Origin: Angustibacter luteus
GTDB taxonomy: Bacteria; Actinomycetota; Actinomycetes; Actinomycetales; Angustibacteraceae
DNA length: 64,000 bases
Assembly: GCF_039541115.1 (NCBI RefSeq)
Contig: NZ_BAABFP010000008.1
Span: 186,001 to 250,000 of the forward strand
Reading direction: 5' to 3'
Shown here one piece after another: positions 48,138-56,893 of the stretch. A model generated the notes under the pieces. That model saw only the letters and a program-made list of their open reading frames with translations. It ran no database searches and had not been told where the DNA came from. Within the stretch, counting starts at the first letter, position 1. Every line of letters starts with the position of its first letter. A program made the position numbers and the translations under genes.

Positions 48138-48163
48138 GCCATCATTGCTCCTACGATCGCGGA

Positions 48164-49219
48164 GTGCGTGGTGGGGCAGGTCAGCAGGGTCGTCCGTCAG
48201 CCGTGGCGTGCGTCGGCGAGGGTCTCGTGGTGCTCTCCGGCGCGGACGCCGAGTCGTTGGACGCCGCCAGGGTGCTGCGCCGCTCGGTCGGCGGCGCGGA
48301 GTGCAACGTGGCCAGCGGTCTCGTCGCGCAGGGCGTCGCGGCAGCGTGGCTGTCCCGCGTCGGCGACGACCCGTTCGGCCGCTTCGTCGTGGCCGACCTG
48401 GCCGGTCGCGGCGTGGACGTCGCCGCCGTGGACGTCGACCTCTCCCGGCCGACCGGGCTCTACCTGAAGGACCGCGACGGTTCCTCGTCGCGCATGCACT
48501 ACTACCGCAACGGTTCTGCGGCGAGCGCGATGGACGCCGACTGGCTGGCCAGCGACGCGGTGACCGCCGCGCTGGCGGCCGCCGAGATCCTGCACGTCTC
48601 CGGCATCACGCTCGGCGTGGTGGCCGACCCGGGCGCGTTCGTCGACGCCCTGGACGCGGCCCGGCAACGGCACGGCCTGCGGCTCACCGTGGACCTGAAC
48701 TGGCGCCCGGCCCTGTGGGGGCAACGGGACCCGGTCGAGCTGGTCCGGCTGCTGTCGCTGGCCGACCTCGCGTTCCTGGGTGCGGACGAGGCGCAGACCG
48801 CCCTCGGCACCGGCGACGTCGCCAGCCTGCGGACCCGGCTCGGCGAGCGGCCCGTGATCGTGCTGAAGAGCGATGACCACGTCGCGGTGAGCGCCGCGCC
48901 GGACGGTCGCACGGCGAGTGTCAGCGCGCTCACCGTCGACGTGCTGGACCCGATCGGAGCCGGCGATGCCTTCGCGGCCGGCTACCTCGCGGGAACCCTG
49001 GACGGCCGCCCCGCGCAGCAGTGCCTTCGGCTCGGACACCTCACTGCCGCAACGGTTCTGGTCACCGACGGCGACCACGCGCCGGCCGCGCCCGCCGCTG
49101 TCCGCCAGGCCCTGCTGACCTGCCCGGACGAGCAGTGGGCCGCTACCGTCGTCCGGGCCGGCGCGATCGAGTCGCCGGCCCTGCACCCCAGCCAGCCAGT
49201 CGAGGAGAGGTCCCGATGA
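48164..49219 (+). CDS. PfkB-family sugar kinase (2-keto-3-deoxygluconate kinase-like)
   Basis: GGAECNVA, VGDDPFG, DLNWRPALW and DPIGAGDAFAAG motifs. Confidence 0.92.
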   Translation: MRGGAGQQGRPSAVACVGEGLVVLSGADAESLDAARVLRRSVGGAECNVASGLVAQGVAAAWLSRVGDDPFGRFVVADLAGRGVDVAAVDVDLSRPTGLYLKDRDGSSSRMHYYRNGSAASAMDADWLASDAVTAALAAAEILHVSGITLGVVADPGAFVDALDAARQRHGLRLTVDLNWRPALWGQRDPVELVRLLSLADLAFLGADEAQTALGTGDVASLRTRLGERPVIVLKSDDHVAVSAAPDGRTASVSALTVDVLDPIGAGDAFAAGYLAGTLDGRPAQQCLRLGHLTAATVLVTDGDHAPAAPAAVRQALLTCPDEQWAATVVRAGAIESPALHPSQPVEERSR

Positions 49220-49617
49220 GCGAGAAGACCCGGATCAGCACGGACGCCGCCCCCGCCCCCGCGCACACGTTCTCGCAGGGCATCCGCAAGGGGAACGTCG
49301 TGCAGGTGTCCGGTCAGGGCCCGGTCGACCCGCAGACCAACGAGTACCTGCACCCGGGTGACGTCGTGCGGCAGACCGAGCAGACGCTCGCGAACGTCGC
49401 CGCGATCCTGGACGCTGCCGGCGCGTCCTTCGAGGACGTCGTGATGCTGCGCGTCTACCTGACCAAGCGCGAGGACTTCGGACCGATGAACGACGCCTAC
49501 GGCGCCTTCGTCACGGCCCGCGTCCCGAGCGGCGTGCTGCCCGCCCGCACCACGGTGTTCACCGGCCTGCCCCGCGAGGAGATGCTGGTCGAGATCGACG
49601 CCCTCGCCGTCGTGTAG
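49216..49617 (+). CDS. RidA/YjgF family protein
   Basis: FSQG, VSGQGP, PARTT (catalytic Arg) and VEIDA. ATGA overlap with the kinase. Confidence 0.94.
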   Translation: MSEKTRISTDAAPAPAHTFSQGIRKGNVVQVSGQGPVDPQTNEYLHPGDVVRQTEQTLANVAAILDAAGASFEDVVMLRVYLTKREDFGPMNDAYGAFVTARVPSGVLPARTTVFTGLPREEMLVEIDALAVV

Positions 49618-50340
49618 CTAGATCTCCACCCACAGCGCCCGGTGGTCCGAGACCGGCGTCCGCACCGATCCCGTGGCCGGCCGCCGCCGCAGGCCGGGGA
49701 GCTCGCCGTCGAGCAGCACGTGGTCGATCTGCTTGACCGGCGCGGGCGCCGGGAAGGTGCGTGCCGACGCCAGGGCCCGCAGGCCGGCGACCCGACGGAC
49801 GGCGCGCGGGCGCAGGTTCAGGTCGCCGGTCAGCACCAGCGGGCGCGGCAGGTCGGCCAGGGCGTCCACGAGCAGCCGCAGCTGCTGCCGGTTGGACGGG
49901 CGCAGGTAGGACAGGTGGGTGTTGACCACGGTCAGCGGTCCACGCGGGGAGTCGACCTGCGCCGCGACCGCGGCCCGGGTCTCCTCACCGGCCACGAGCG
50001 CCGGCAGCCGGATCACCTGCCACGCCGCGACCGGGTGCCGGGACAGCAGCGCGATGCCGTACCCGGGCGCGTCTGGCGGCTCGTCGCCGGTGGCCGCCAC
50101 CCAGTCCTGCCCCGGCGTCCCGGTCAGTGCCGGCACGAACCGGTGGGCGACCGCCCCCATGGCCTGCGCCGCCGCCGCGGTTTGGTCCGCGCCGCCCGAA
50201 CGCTCCTGCCGGTGGTCGACCTCCTGCAGGCACAGCACGTCCGGGTCGAGGTCACGTACGGCCCGCTGCAGCCGGTTCAGCTCGACCACGTCCTGCGCCG
50301 CGGCGAGCCCGTGCTGGATGTTGAAGGTCACGATGCGCAT
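49618..50340 (-). CDS. Endonuclease/exonuclease/phosphatase family protein
   Basis: TFNI, LCLQEVD, NTHLS, GDLN, IDH and SDH motifs. Confidence 0.92.
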   Translation of the reverse strand: MRIVTFNIQHGLAAAQDVVELNRLQRAVRDLDPDVLCLQEVDHRQERSGGADQTAAAAQAMGAVAHRFVPALTGTPGQDWVAATGDEPPDAPGYGIALLSRHPVAAWQVIRLPALVAGEETRAAVAAQVDSPRGPLTVVNTHLSYLRPSNRQQLRLLVDALADLPRPLVLTGDLNLRPRAVRRVAGLRALASARTFPAPAPVKQIDHVLLDGELPGLRRRPATGSVRTPVSDHRALWVEI

Positions 50341-50367
50341 GCGGCTCAGGCTGCCACGGCAGGTGCG

Positions 50368-50625
50368 CTAACGGCGGGCAGGGCCCTGGCGCTGCTGCGG
50401 GATCTGGCGCTGCTCCATGCCGGGCCCGCGGCCTCGGCCGTCCTCGAAGCGGTGGGCCGGACCGGAGTCGTCGCCCGCCTGCGCGATCCCGAAACCGATG
50501 ACGCCGCCGACGAGCAGGATGACGACGGCCGCGGCGACGGACGTCACCCGCACCTGCGCCTCGCGTACCTGCTGCCAGCGACTGCGGCCTGGAGCCGGTG
50601 TGGGCGTCGGCGTGCTCTCCGTCAT
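50368..50625 (-). CDS. Small single-TM hypothetical protein
   Basis: AGGAGGAG RBS before ATG and one clear TM segment (VAAAVVILLVGGVIGFGIA). Confidence 0.7.
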   Translation of the reverse strand: MTESTPTPTPAPGRSRWQQVREAQVRVTSVAAAVVILLVGGVIGFGIAQAGDDSGPAHRFEDGRGRGPGMEQRQIPQQRQGPARR

Positions 50626-50733
50626 GGCGGGCTCCTCCTGGGGTCGGTGCTGCGCGCCCAGTGTCGGGCAGGTTCCTTGGGCCCACCTGCGAGCAACCTG
50701 TGAATCGGGACGCGGCGGGTGCAGGATGTCAGC

Positions 50734-51378
50734 GTGCCCACGCTGCCCCTGACCCCGGACGAGCTGCTCACCACCACCCGATCGGTCCGCAAGCGCCTGG
50801 ACCTGACCCGCGACGTCCCGATCGGGCTCGTCCGCGAGTGCCTGGAGGTCGCACTGCAGGCGCCGTCCGGCTCGAACCGGCAGGGCTGGCACTGGCTCGT
50901 GGTCACGGACGCCGACCGGCGCGCCGCCATCGGTGAGGTCTACCGCCGGGCCGTCGCGGCGTACCTGGAGTCGCCCGGGTCGGCCGGCGCGCTGTTCGCG
51001 GACGACCCCGACCGAGGCCCGGTGCAGCAGCGGGTCGGCGACAGCGTCGCCTACCTCGGCGAGCACCTGGGCGAGGCGCCGGTGCTGGTCATCCCGTGCC
51101 TGACCGCGAAGCGGCTGGACGACGGCAACCAGGCGGGACTGTGGGGCTCGCTGCTGCCCGCCGCCTGGAGCTACATGCTCGCGGCTCGCGCGCGCGGGCT
51201 CGGCACGGCCTGGACGACGCTGCACCTGGAGTACGAGGACGAGGTGGCCACGCTGCTCGGCCTGCCGGACGACGTCCGGCAGGGAGCGTTGATCCCCACG
51301 GCGTACTACACGGGCGAGACCTTCAGGAAGGCGCCGCGCCAGCCGCTCGACGAGGTGCTGCACGTCGACCGCTGGTAG
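50734..51378 (+). CDS. Nitroreductase family protein
   Basis: LLTTTRSVRKRLD, QAPSGSNRQGW and MLAARARGLGTAWTTLH motifs. Confidence 0.93.
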   Translation: MPTLPLTPDELLTTTRSVRKRLDLTRDVPIGLVRECLEVALQAPSGSNRQGWHWLVVTDADRRAAIGEVYRRAVAAYLESPGSAGALFADDPDRGPVQQRVGDSVAYLGEHLGEAPVLVIPCLTAKRLDDGNQAGLWGSLLPAAWSYMLAARARGLGTAWTTLHLEYEDEVATLLGLPDDVRQGALIPTAYYTGETFRKAPRQPLDEVLHVDRW

Positions 51379-51381
51379 CGC

Positions 51382-52317
51382 TCAGTCGAGGTGTCGGTAG
51401 GCCTCCGGCGCCGGGCCGCCCTGGCGCAGCCAGGTGCTGAGCGCCTTGTTCTGCTGGCGCTCGGCCGCGTTGTCGGCCGGCAGCGGGAGGTGCAGCGCGG
51501 CGAGCAGGTCGAAGCGGTAGAGGTCGAAGGTGACGTGCAGCGCCTCGCCGTAGGAGAGCGCGGCGGCCACGGCGGACCGGTAGGCGAGCACCGACAGGGC
51601 CAGGACCCCCAACGGCAGCAACCACCAGAGCGGGTAGCGCCAGAGCAGCGCCGCGGTCACCACGGCCACCCCGGCGAACGTGGCGCACATCCGCGCCGTG
51701 AGGTCGAGCTGGTCGCGGCGGTCCTCGACGACCGCCCGCTGGGCGGGCGGCACGATCGGGTACAGGCGGGGCCAGAGCACCACCGCGTCCAGCCCGTAGC
51801 GGCGTCCGGCGCTGCGCTCGGCGGCGCGCAGCGCGTTGCCCAGTGCGGTCGGCAGCAGCGGGTCGCTCGGGTAGCGCGCCCGCCGGACCTGGTCGGCGAC
51901 CGCGGCGTCCGCGGGGACGCTGGTGGCCGCGGGGTCGGTCGTGGCCGGATCGAGGGTGGCCCGCTCGATCAGCGCCTGACGGGCATTGCGCTGCCGAGCG
52001 ACCAACGGCGCCGTGATCCGCGCGGCGAGCCAGCCGGTGCCCCAGTAGCCCTCCAGCAGCCGGACGAGCTGGAGCTGCAGCGGGTGCAGGACCACCGCGA
52101 CCACCAGGACCGCGACCCCGAGCAGGGCCACGTCGGAGGCGTCCAGGGTGCGCGCCGTCCGGACCGCCTCGTCCCACCCGGGCTGCTCCCCCGGCGCGCC
52201 GGCGGCGACGACGAATGCCACCACCAGGGTGCCCGCGGACGTCGGCAGCAGCGACACCAGCGAGAACCGGGGTCCGAGGGTGTCGGAGTCCAGACCGACG
52301 AGGGTGGCCAGTCCCAT
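51382..52317 (-). CDS. Uncharacterised 4-TM membrane protein (2TM - soluble domain - 2TM)
   Basis: ATG 1 nt after the upstream stop. Two pairs of TM helices flank YPSDPLLPTALGNALRAAE...RYGLDAVVLWPRL. Confidence 0.82.
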   Translation of the reverse strand: MGLATLVGLDSDTLGPRFSLVSLLPTSAGTLVVAFVVAAGAPGEQPGWDEAVRTARTLDASDVALLGVAVLVVAVVLHPLQLQLVRLLEGYWGTGWLAARITAPLVARQRNARQALIERATLDPATTDPAATSVPADAAVADQVRRARYPSDPLLPTALGNALRAAERSAGRRYGLDAVVLWPRLYPIVPPAQRAVVEDRRDQLDLTARMCATFAGVAVVTAALLWRYPLWWLLPLGVLALSVLAYRSAVAAALSYGEALHVTFDLYRFDLLAALHLPLPADNAAERQQNKALSTWLRQGGPAPEAYRHLD

Positions 52318-52318
52318 G

Positions 52319-52729
52319 TCAGGCGGCGACCAGCAGCGCCACGTGGTGCACGCTGCAGGTCGGTGGGTCGTCGGGGTCGTAGGACAGCGCCAACCCGCTG
52401 ACCTGGCAGCCCTCGTGGGGGCAGTGCAGCCGCAGCACCACGTACTCGACCGAGTGCCCCGGCAGCGTGGCGTGGTCACCGGCCCCCAGGGTGCCGCGGT
52501 CGCTGGACCCGACCAGCGCGTAGGCGGCGGTGCGGCGCAGCACCCCCCTGTCGATGCCGTCGACGACCAGGCGCAGGGCGCTGCGGTCGTCATCCTCGCC
52601 GAACCACTCCTGGGCGAGCTCGATCGCGAGCACGGGCCCGGTCGCGGACGTGACGACGAGCAGCTCGTCGTCCTCGCTGGCCGCCACCGCGCCGTCGGTC
52701 GCCTGCAGCACCTGGTCCCACTCCGTCAT
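52319..52729 (-). CDS. Small protein with C-terminal Zn-ribbon (C-x4-C...C-x2-H)
   Basis: ATGA overlap with the CHAT stop, GGAGG RBS, CPHEGC...PPTCSVH. Confidence 0.82.
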   Translation of the reverse strand: MTEWDQVLQATDGAVAASEDDELLVVTSATGPVLAIELAQEWFGEDDDRSALRLVVDGIDRGVLRRTAAYALVGSSDRGTLGAGDHATLPGHSVEYVVLRLHCPHEGCQVSGLALSYDPDDPPTCSVHHVALLVAA

Positions 52730-55488
52730 GATGCCGGCCTCCACCTCACCAGGGGCTCACCGACCACGTACAGCGGAGCCCACTCGAACGGTCGCGCAAA
52801 GGGACGTCCCGGCGCCAGCCCCGCCGCGGCCGCCTCCAGGCGGAAGCGGGTGCGGCCGTCCGGGGCGGCGGCGCGCAGGTCCCCGATCCGCCGAGCCGCA
52901 TCGTCCCGGCTCAGCTGCGCCAGGCGGTCGCGGACCTCACCCACGAGCACGTACAGGTCGACGAGTCCGCTCGGCTGCGCACACAGCAGCTCCCAGAGCA
53001 GGTCGGCGGACACCGCCGCGAGCACGTCGTCCACGGTCCACGCCGTGCAGACGATCGAGCGGACCCCGGCCAGCAGCATCGCCGCAGGCAGCCCGCCGAG
53101 CTCGTCGCTGCCCAGGCTGAGCGCACCACCGCCGCTCTGGCACGCCGAGAGCACCGCCAGGCGCACGTCGCGCAGGGCGCCCGAGACCGCCATGTCGCCG
53201 GCTGACCAGAGCTCGGCCAGCCGGACCAGCCGGTCGCCGACGTAGACGGCCTGCAGCGTCCCGGCCGGGCCGTGCTCGAGGTGGCGCAGCGTGACGCCGC
53301 CACCGACGTCCTCCTCGCGGAGCAGGCCGGGCAGCGGCGGGCCGGTCCCGTCGTCGAGCCGCACCTCCGCGCTGCGTGCCTCGTCCGGCTCCCCCCGCCA
53401 GGACGCGCCGGCCACCAGCCGGTCCAGCTCCTCGAGGACGCTGGGCCCGGACCAGCGCGGGTCCGGTCGTACGTGCAGCGCCGAGCGGGCACTGTCCGTC
53501 ATCTCGGACGTCGCGTGCCCGCAGAAGTGCAGCAGCCGCGCCCCGCTCACCGCCGCCGCCACCCCGTCCTCGGTGCACTCGTCGACGGGCAGGTCCGCGA
53601 CCGGGACGCCACGGGCGCGCAGCCGCGCGGCCACGCTGCCGGCCTCCGCCGACGCCGCCGGCAGGTCCCCGGTGGCGTTGCCCACGACCACGGCCGGACC
53701 GCGCAGCTGCGCCGCCCCCCGCGCGGACGGCAGCATCGCCAGGCACGCCACCTGGCGGACGTCGAGACCGCGCAGGCTCGGCACCGCCCACCACGGCAGC
53801 AGCCCCAGGATCCCGTGCGGGACGAGCCACACCCGGTCCAGCCCGCGCTCGCCGGACCAGGCGAGCAGCAGCCGCCCGACCTGCTCGTCGGCCTTCGCCA
53901 GGGCTCGTTCGAGGGCCGCTCGCCGGTCGGCACCGGCCAGGGTGTCGAAGGCCCAGGGCAGGCCGACCGCGTAGGCCCACCCGGCGGGATCGTCCGAGCC
54001 CAGGGTGTTCGCCCACGCGTGGAGCGGCTCGTCCAGCACGCCTCCCCCCACCGCCTCACCGTCCGGCGGGCCGGCGCCCTCCAGGAGCAGAACCGCGGTG
54101 CCCCAACGGCCGGCGCCCAGGACGGCCACCCCCTCGCCGCGGCGCAGCCGTCCCGACACCTCATCCGCCGTCGGCACCGCCAGCTCGCGGCGGTGCCGCA
54201 GCGCCTCGCGGCGGTGCGCCTCACGCAGCCTGGCCACCGCCGTGACCTGCCGCGCCGCGCGACCCTCGCGACGCAGCTCACGATCACCCGAGCCGCCGCC
54301 CGAGCTGCCCGTGCCGCCGGTTCCCCGTTCGGCGCTCCACAACGCGGCCTCGAGCTTGCGGATGCTCGCCGCGGACCGGCCCTGCCGGATCGCCCTGCGG
54401 TACCGCAGCCGCGCACTGCTGGTGGTCTCCAACGCCCACAGCAGCAGGTCCAGGTCGCCGGTGGCCGCGCAGGCGGACCCGATGTTGGCCAGCGCCGCGT
54501 CCACCGCCTCGCGCTGCTCGCCAGCCCGCTGCGGATCGGGTTCCGTCGCGTACCGGAAGACGAGGCGGCCGAGCGTCTCGCGCGCGAACGCCGTCACCGG
54601 CTCGTGACGGCCGACGAGGACGCCGGTCCGCAGCACCGCGGTGAGCGCAGTGAGCCGCTGCTCCTCGGTCAGCGCCTCGGCGTGCTCGCCGTCCAGCGCC
54701 CGCAGGTAGAGATCCAGCGCGGCACCCTCGTCGTCGTCCAGCTCGTAGGCGAGCGCGGCCAACGGCAGCGCGGTCGCGTCGCCGGCCTCCGTGAGCCCCT
54801 CGACGACCGGGTCGAGCAGCTCGTGCACCCGCCGCGCTGCGTCGGTGACGCCCGCTCGGTCCTCGGCGTCCCGGGAAGCGATGAGCCGCCCCATGAACAC
54901 GGCCCCTGCCGCCATCCGGAACGCCCTGCGGGAGAACGGGTCCCGGCCGCGGGGCAGCAGCCGCTCGCCCTCGGCCACCAGGTCGTCGACGTCCTCGCCG
55001 TCGGGGTCCTGGTCGATCAGCGAACCCAGCGTCAGGAGGCGGCCCTCCACCTCGTCGTCCGTCTGCGGGTCGACCAGGTGACGGCGCGCCCGGGCCAGGG
55101 CGACGTCCAGGTGCTCGCGGCGCAGCGGGTGGCCGGCCGGCAAGCGGCGCAGCGCCTCGACGGCCAGCCGGGCCAGAGCGGGGGTCAGCTCGGCGACCTC
55201 CAGCGCGACGATGGCCCGCCGCTCGTCCTCGTCGGCCCGCGCGGTGAGGACGGCGCCGCCGAGCCAGCGCAGGAGCCGCGTCAGCCCGGCGTCCAGCACC
55301 GGCTGCCAGGGGTCCGGCGCCTCCCCTGCGGCAAACCGCAGCAGGTCGACGAACTCCCGGCCCCACGCGACGATCCCGGCGTCCAGCGCGGCATCGCGCT
55401 CCTGCTCGGAGCCGGCCTCCACCGCGTCCCGCAGGAACCCGGTCATCGCCCGGGTCTCGCGGACGTTGATGGGTGGCCGGTCGGTCAT
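52726..55488 (-). CDS. CHAT-domain (caspase-like) protease with helical N-terminal region
   Basis: LVPHGILGLLPW, GDLPAA..EA, LHFCGH (His), VLSACQSG (Cys), AGVRSIVCTAWTVDD, and PF..PFEWAP C-terminus. Confidence 0.9.
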   Translation of the reverse strand: MTDRPPINVRETRAMTGFLRDAVEAGSEQERDAALDAGIVAWGREFVDLLRFAAGEAPDPWQPVLDAGLTRLLRWLGGAVLTARADEDERRAIVALEVAELTPALARLAVEALRRLPAGHPLRREHLDVALARARRHLVDPQTDDEVEGRLLTLGSLIDQDPDGEDVDDLVAEGERLLPRGRDPFSRRAFRMAAGAVFMGRLIASRDAEDRAGVTDAARRVHELLDPVVEGLTEAGDATALPLAALAYELDDDEGAALDLYLRALDGEHAEALTEEQRLTALTAVLRTGVLVGRHEPVTAFARETLGRLVFRYATEPDPQRAGEQREAVDAALANIGSACAATGDLDLLLWALETTSSARLRYRRAIRQGRSAASIRKLEAALWSAERGTGGTGSSGGGSGDRELRREGRAARQVTAVARLREAHRREALRHRRELAVPTADEVSGRLRRGEGVAVLGAGRWGTAVLLLEGAGPPDGEAVGGGVLDEPLHAWANTLGSDDPAGWAYAVGLPWAFDTLAGADRRAALERALAKADEQVGRLLLAWSGERGLDRVWLVPHGILGLLPWWAVPSLRGLDVRQVACLAMLPSARGAAQLRGPAVVVGNATGDLPAASAEAGSVAARLRARGVPVADLPVDECTEDGVAAAVSGARLLHFCGHATSEMTDSARSALHVRPDPRWSGPSVLEELDRLVAGASWRGEPDEARSAEVRLDDGTGPPLPGLLREEDVGGGVTLRHLEHGPAGTLQAVYVGDRLVRLAELWSAGDMAVSGALRDVRLAVLSACQSGGGALSLGSDELGGLPAAMLLAGVRSIVCTAWTVDDVLAAVSADLLWELLCAQPSGLVDLYVLVGEVRDRLAQLSRDDAARRIGDLRAAAPDGRTRFRLEAAAAGLAPGRPFARPFEWAPLYVVGEPLVRWRPAS

Positions 55489-55492
55489 GGCC

Positions 55493-56893
55493 CTAGACGA
55501 TCCAGGGTCCGTGCCAGCCGCCCGTCTCCTCGACCAGCGCGTCGGCCGCCGCCGGCCCCCACGAGCCGGGTTCGTACGACTGGACGGCCGTCGGGTGGTC
55601 GATGAGCGGCTGCATGATGCGCCAGTTCTCCTCGACCAGGTCCTGCCGCTTGAACTTCGACGTGTCCCCGATCATCGCGGCGTGCAGGAGCACCTCGTAC
55701 GGCGTCGGCGCCTCGCCGCCCTCGGCAGCGAACTCCATGTCGAGGGTGATGGACTCGGCCCGGTCGGCGTCGGCTCGACGGGCATCCAGGCGCAGCCGCA
55801 CCCCGGTGGACGGGTCGAGCTTCACGACGAGCTGGTCGCGCGGCCGGTCCGCGCTGGCGTCGTAGCCGAACCCGAAGTCCACCGGCGGCGGCTGCTTGAA
55901 GACCACCCGCAGCTCGGTCTGGGTGACCTGCAGCTTCTTGCCCGTGCGGATGTAGAAGGGGACGCCGGACCAGCGCCAGTTCTCGATCTCCAGGCGCAGC
56001 GCCACGAACGTCTCGGTGGTCGAGTCGGCCGCGACGCCGTCCACGTCCTTGTACCCGTCGTACTGGCCGCGCACGTAGTGCGCGGGGTCGGCGTCCGCGA
56101 CGGCGCGGAAGAGCGCGACCTGCGCGTCCTTGAGGGCGTCGGGGTTGCGGCCGCCCGGGGGCTCCATGGCCGCCGCCGCGACGACCTGCATGAGGTGGTT
56201 CACCACGACGTCGCGCAGTGCGCCGACCGGCTCGTAGAAGTGGCCGCGCCCGTCGATGCCGAAGCTCTCGGCCATCGTGATCTCGACGGACTCGACGTAC
56301 TGGCGGTTCCACAGCGGTTCGAGCATGGTGTTCGCGAACCGCAGGTGCAGGATCTCGGCCAGGCCCATCTTGCCGAGGTAGTGGTCGACCCGGCAGAGCT
56401 GGGACTCCTCGACGTACTGGTGCAGCTCGGCGGCGAGCGCCCGCGCGGACTGCAGGTCGTGGCCGAACGGCTTCTCGATGACGATCCGCGCGTCCGTGGT
56501 GAGCTCGGCCTCGGCCAGCCCCTTGACGACGGTGGAGAACAGGAACGGCGGGATCTCCAGGTAGTAGACGGGACGCCGGGCGGCGCCGGTCGCGGTGGCG
56601 ACGCGCTGGTAGGTGCCGGCGTCGCCGAAGTCTCCGGCCACGTAGGAGAGCCGGGCGGCGAACCGGGCGAAGACGTCCTCGTCGAGCGGTTCGCCGGTGG
56701 CCACGATGGAGTCCCGGGCGCGCTGGACGAGCCGGTCCAGCGACCAGTCGTCCACGGCCACCCCGACGACCGGGCAGTCGAGCAGGCCGCGGCGCTCCAG
56801 CCGGTACAGCGAGCGGAACGTCATGACCCGGGCGAGGTCGCCGGTGATCCCGAAGACCACGAGGACGTCGGCCGGTTCCGTGGACGTCGTCAT
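55493..56893 (-). CDS. zwf: Glucose-6-phosphate 1-dehydrogenase
   Basis: [34 protein letters not shown] and YEPGSWGP motifs. Confidence 0.96.
   Translation of the reverse strand: MTTSTEPADVLVVFGITGDLARVMTFRSLYRLERRGLLDCPVVGVAVDDWSLDRLVQRARDSIVATGEPLDEDVFARFAARLSYVAGDFGDAGTYQRVATATGAARRPVYYLEIPPFLFSTVVKGLAEAELTTDARIVIEKPFGHDLQSARALAAELHQYVEESQLCRVDHYLGKMGLAEILHLRFANTMLEPLWNRQYVESVEITMAESFGIDGRGHFYEPVGALRDVVVNHLMQVVAAAAMEPPGGRNPDALKDAQVALFRAVADADPAHYVRGQYDGYKDVDGVAADSTTETFVALRLEIENWRWSGVPFYIRTGKKLQVTQTELRVVFKQPPPVDFGFGYDASADRPRDQLVVKLDPSTGVRLRLDARRADADRAESITLDMEFAAEGGEAPTPYEVLLHAAMIGDTSKFKRQDLVEENWRIMQPLIDHPTAVQSYEPGSWGPAAADALVEETGGWHGPWIV

Noticed and set aside
51382..52729. CHAT partners as a bacterial gasdermin
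   Set aside because: One is an alpha-helical 4-TM protein and the other is only 136 aa with a Zn ribbon. Neither resembles the soluble beta-rich gasdermin fold.
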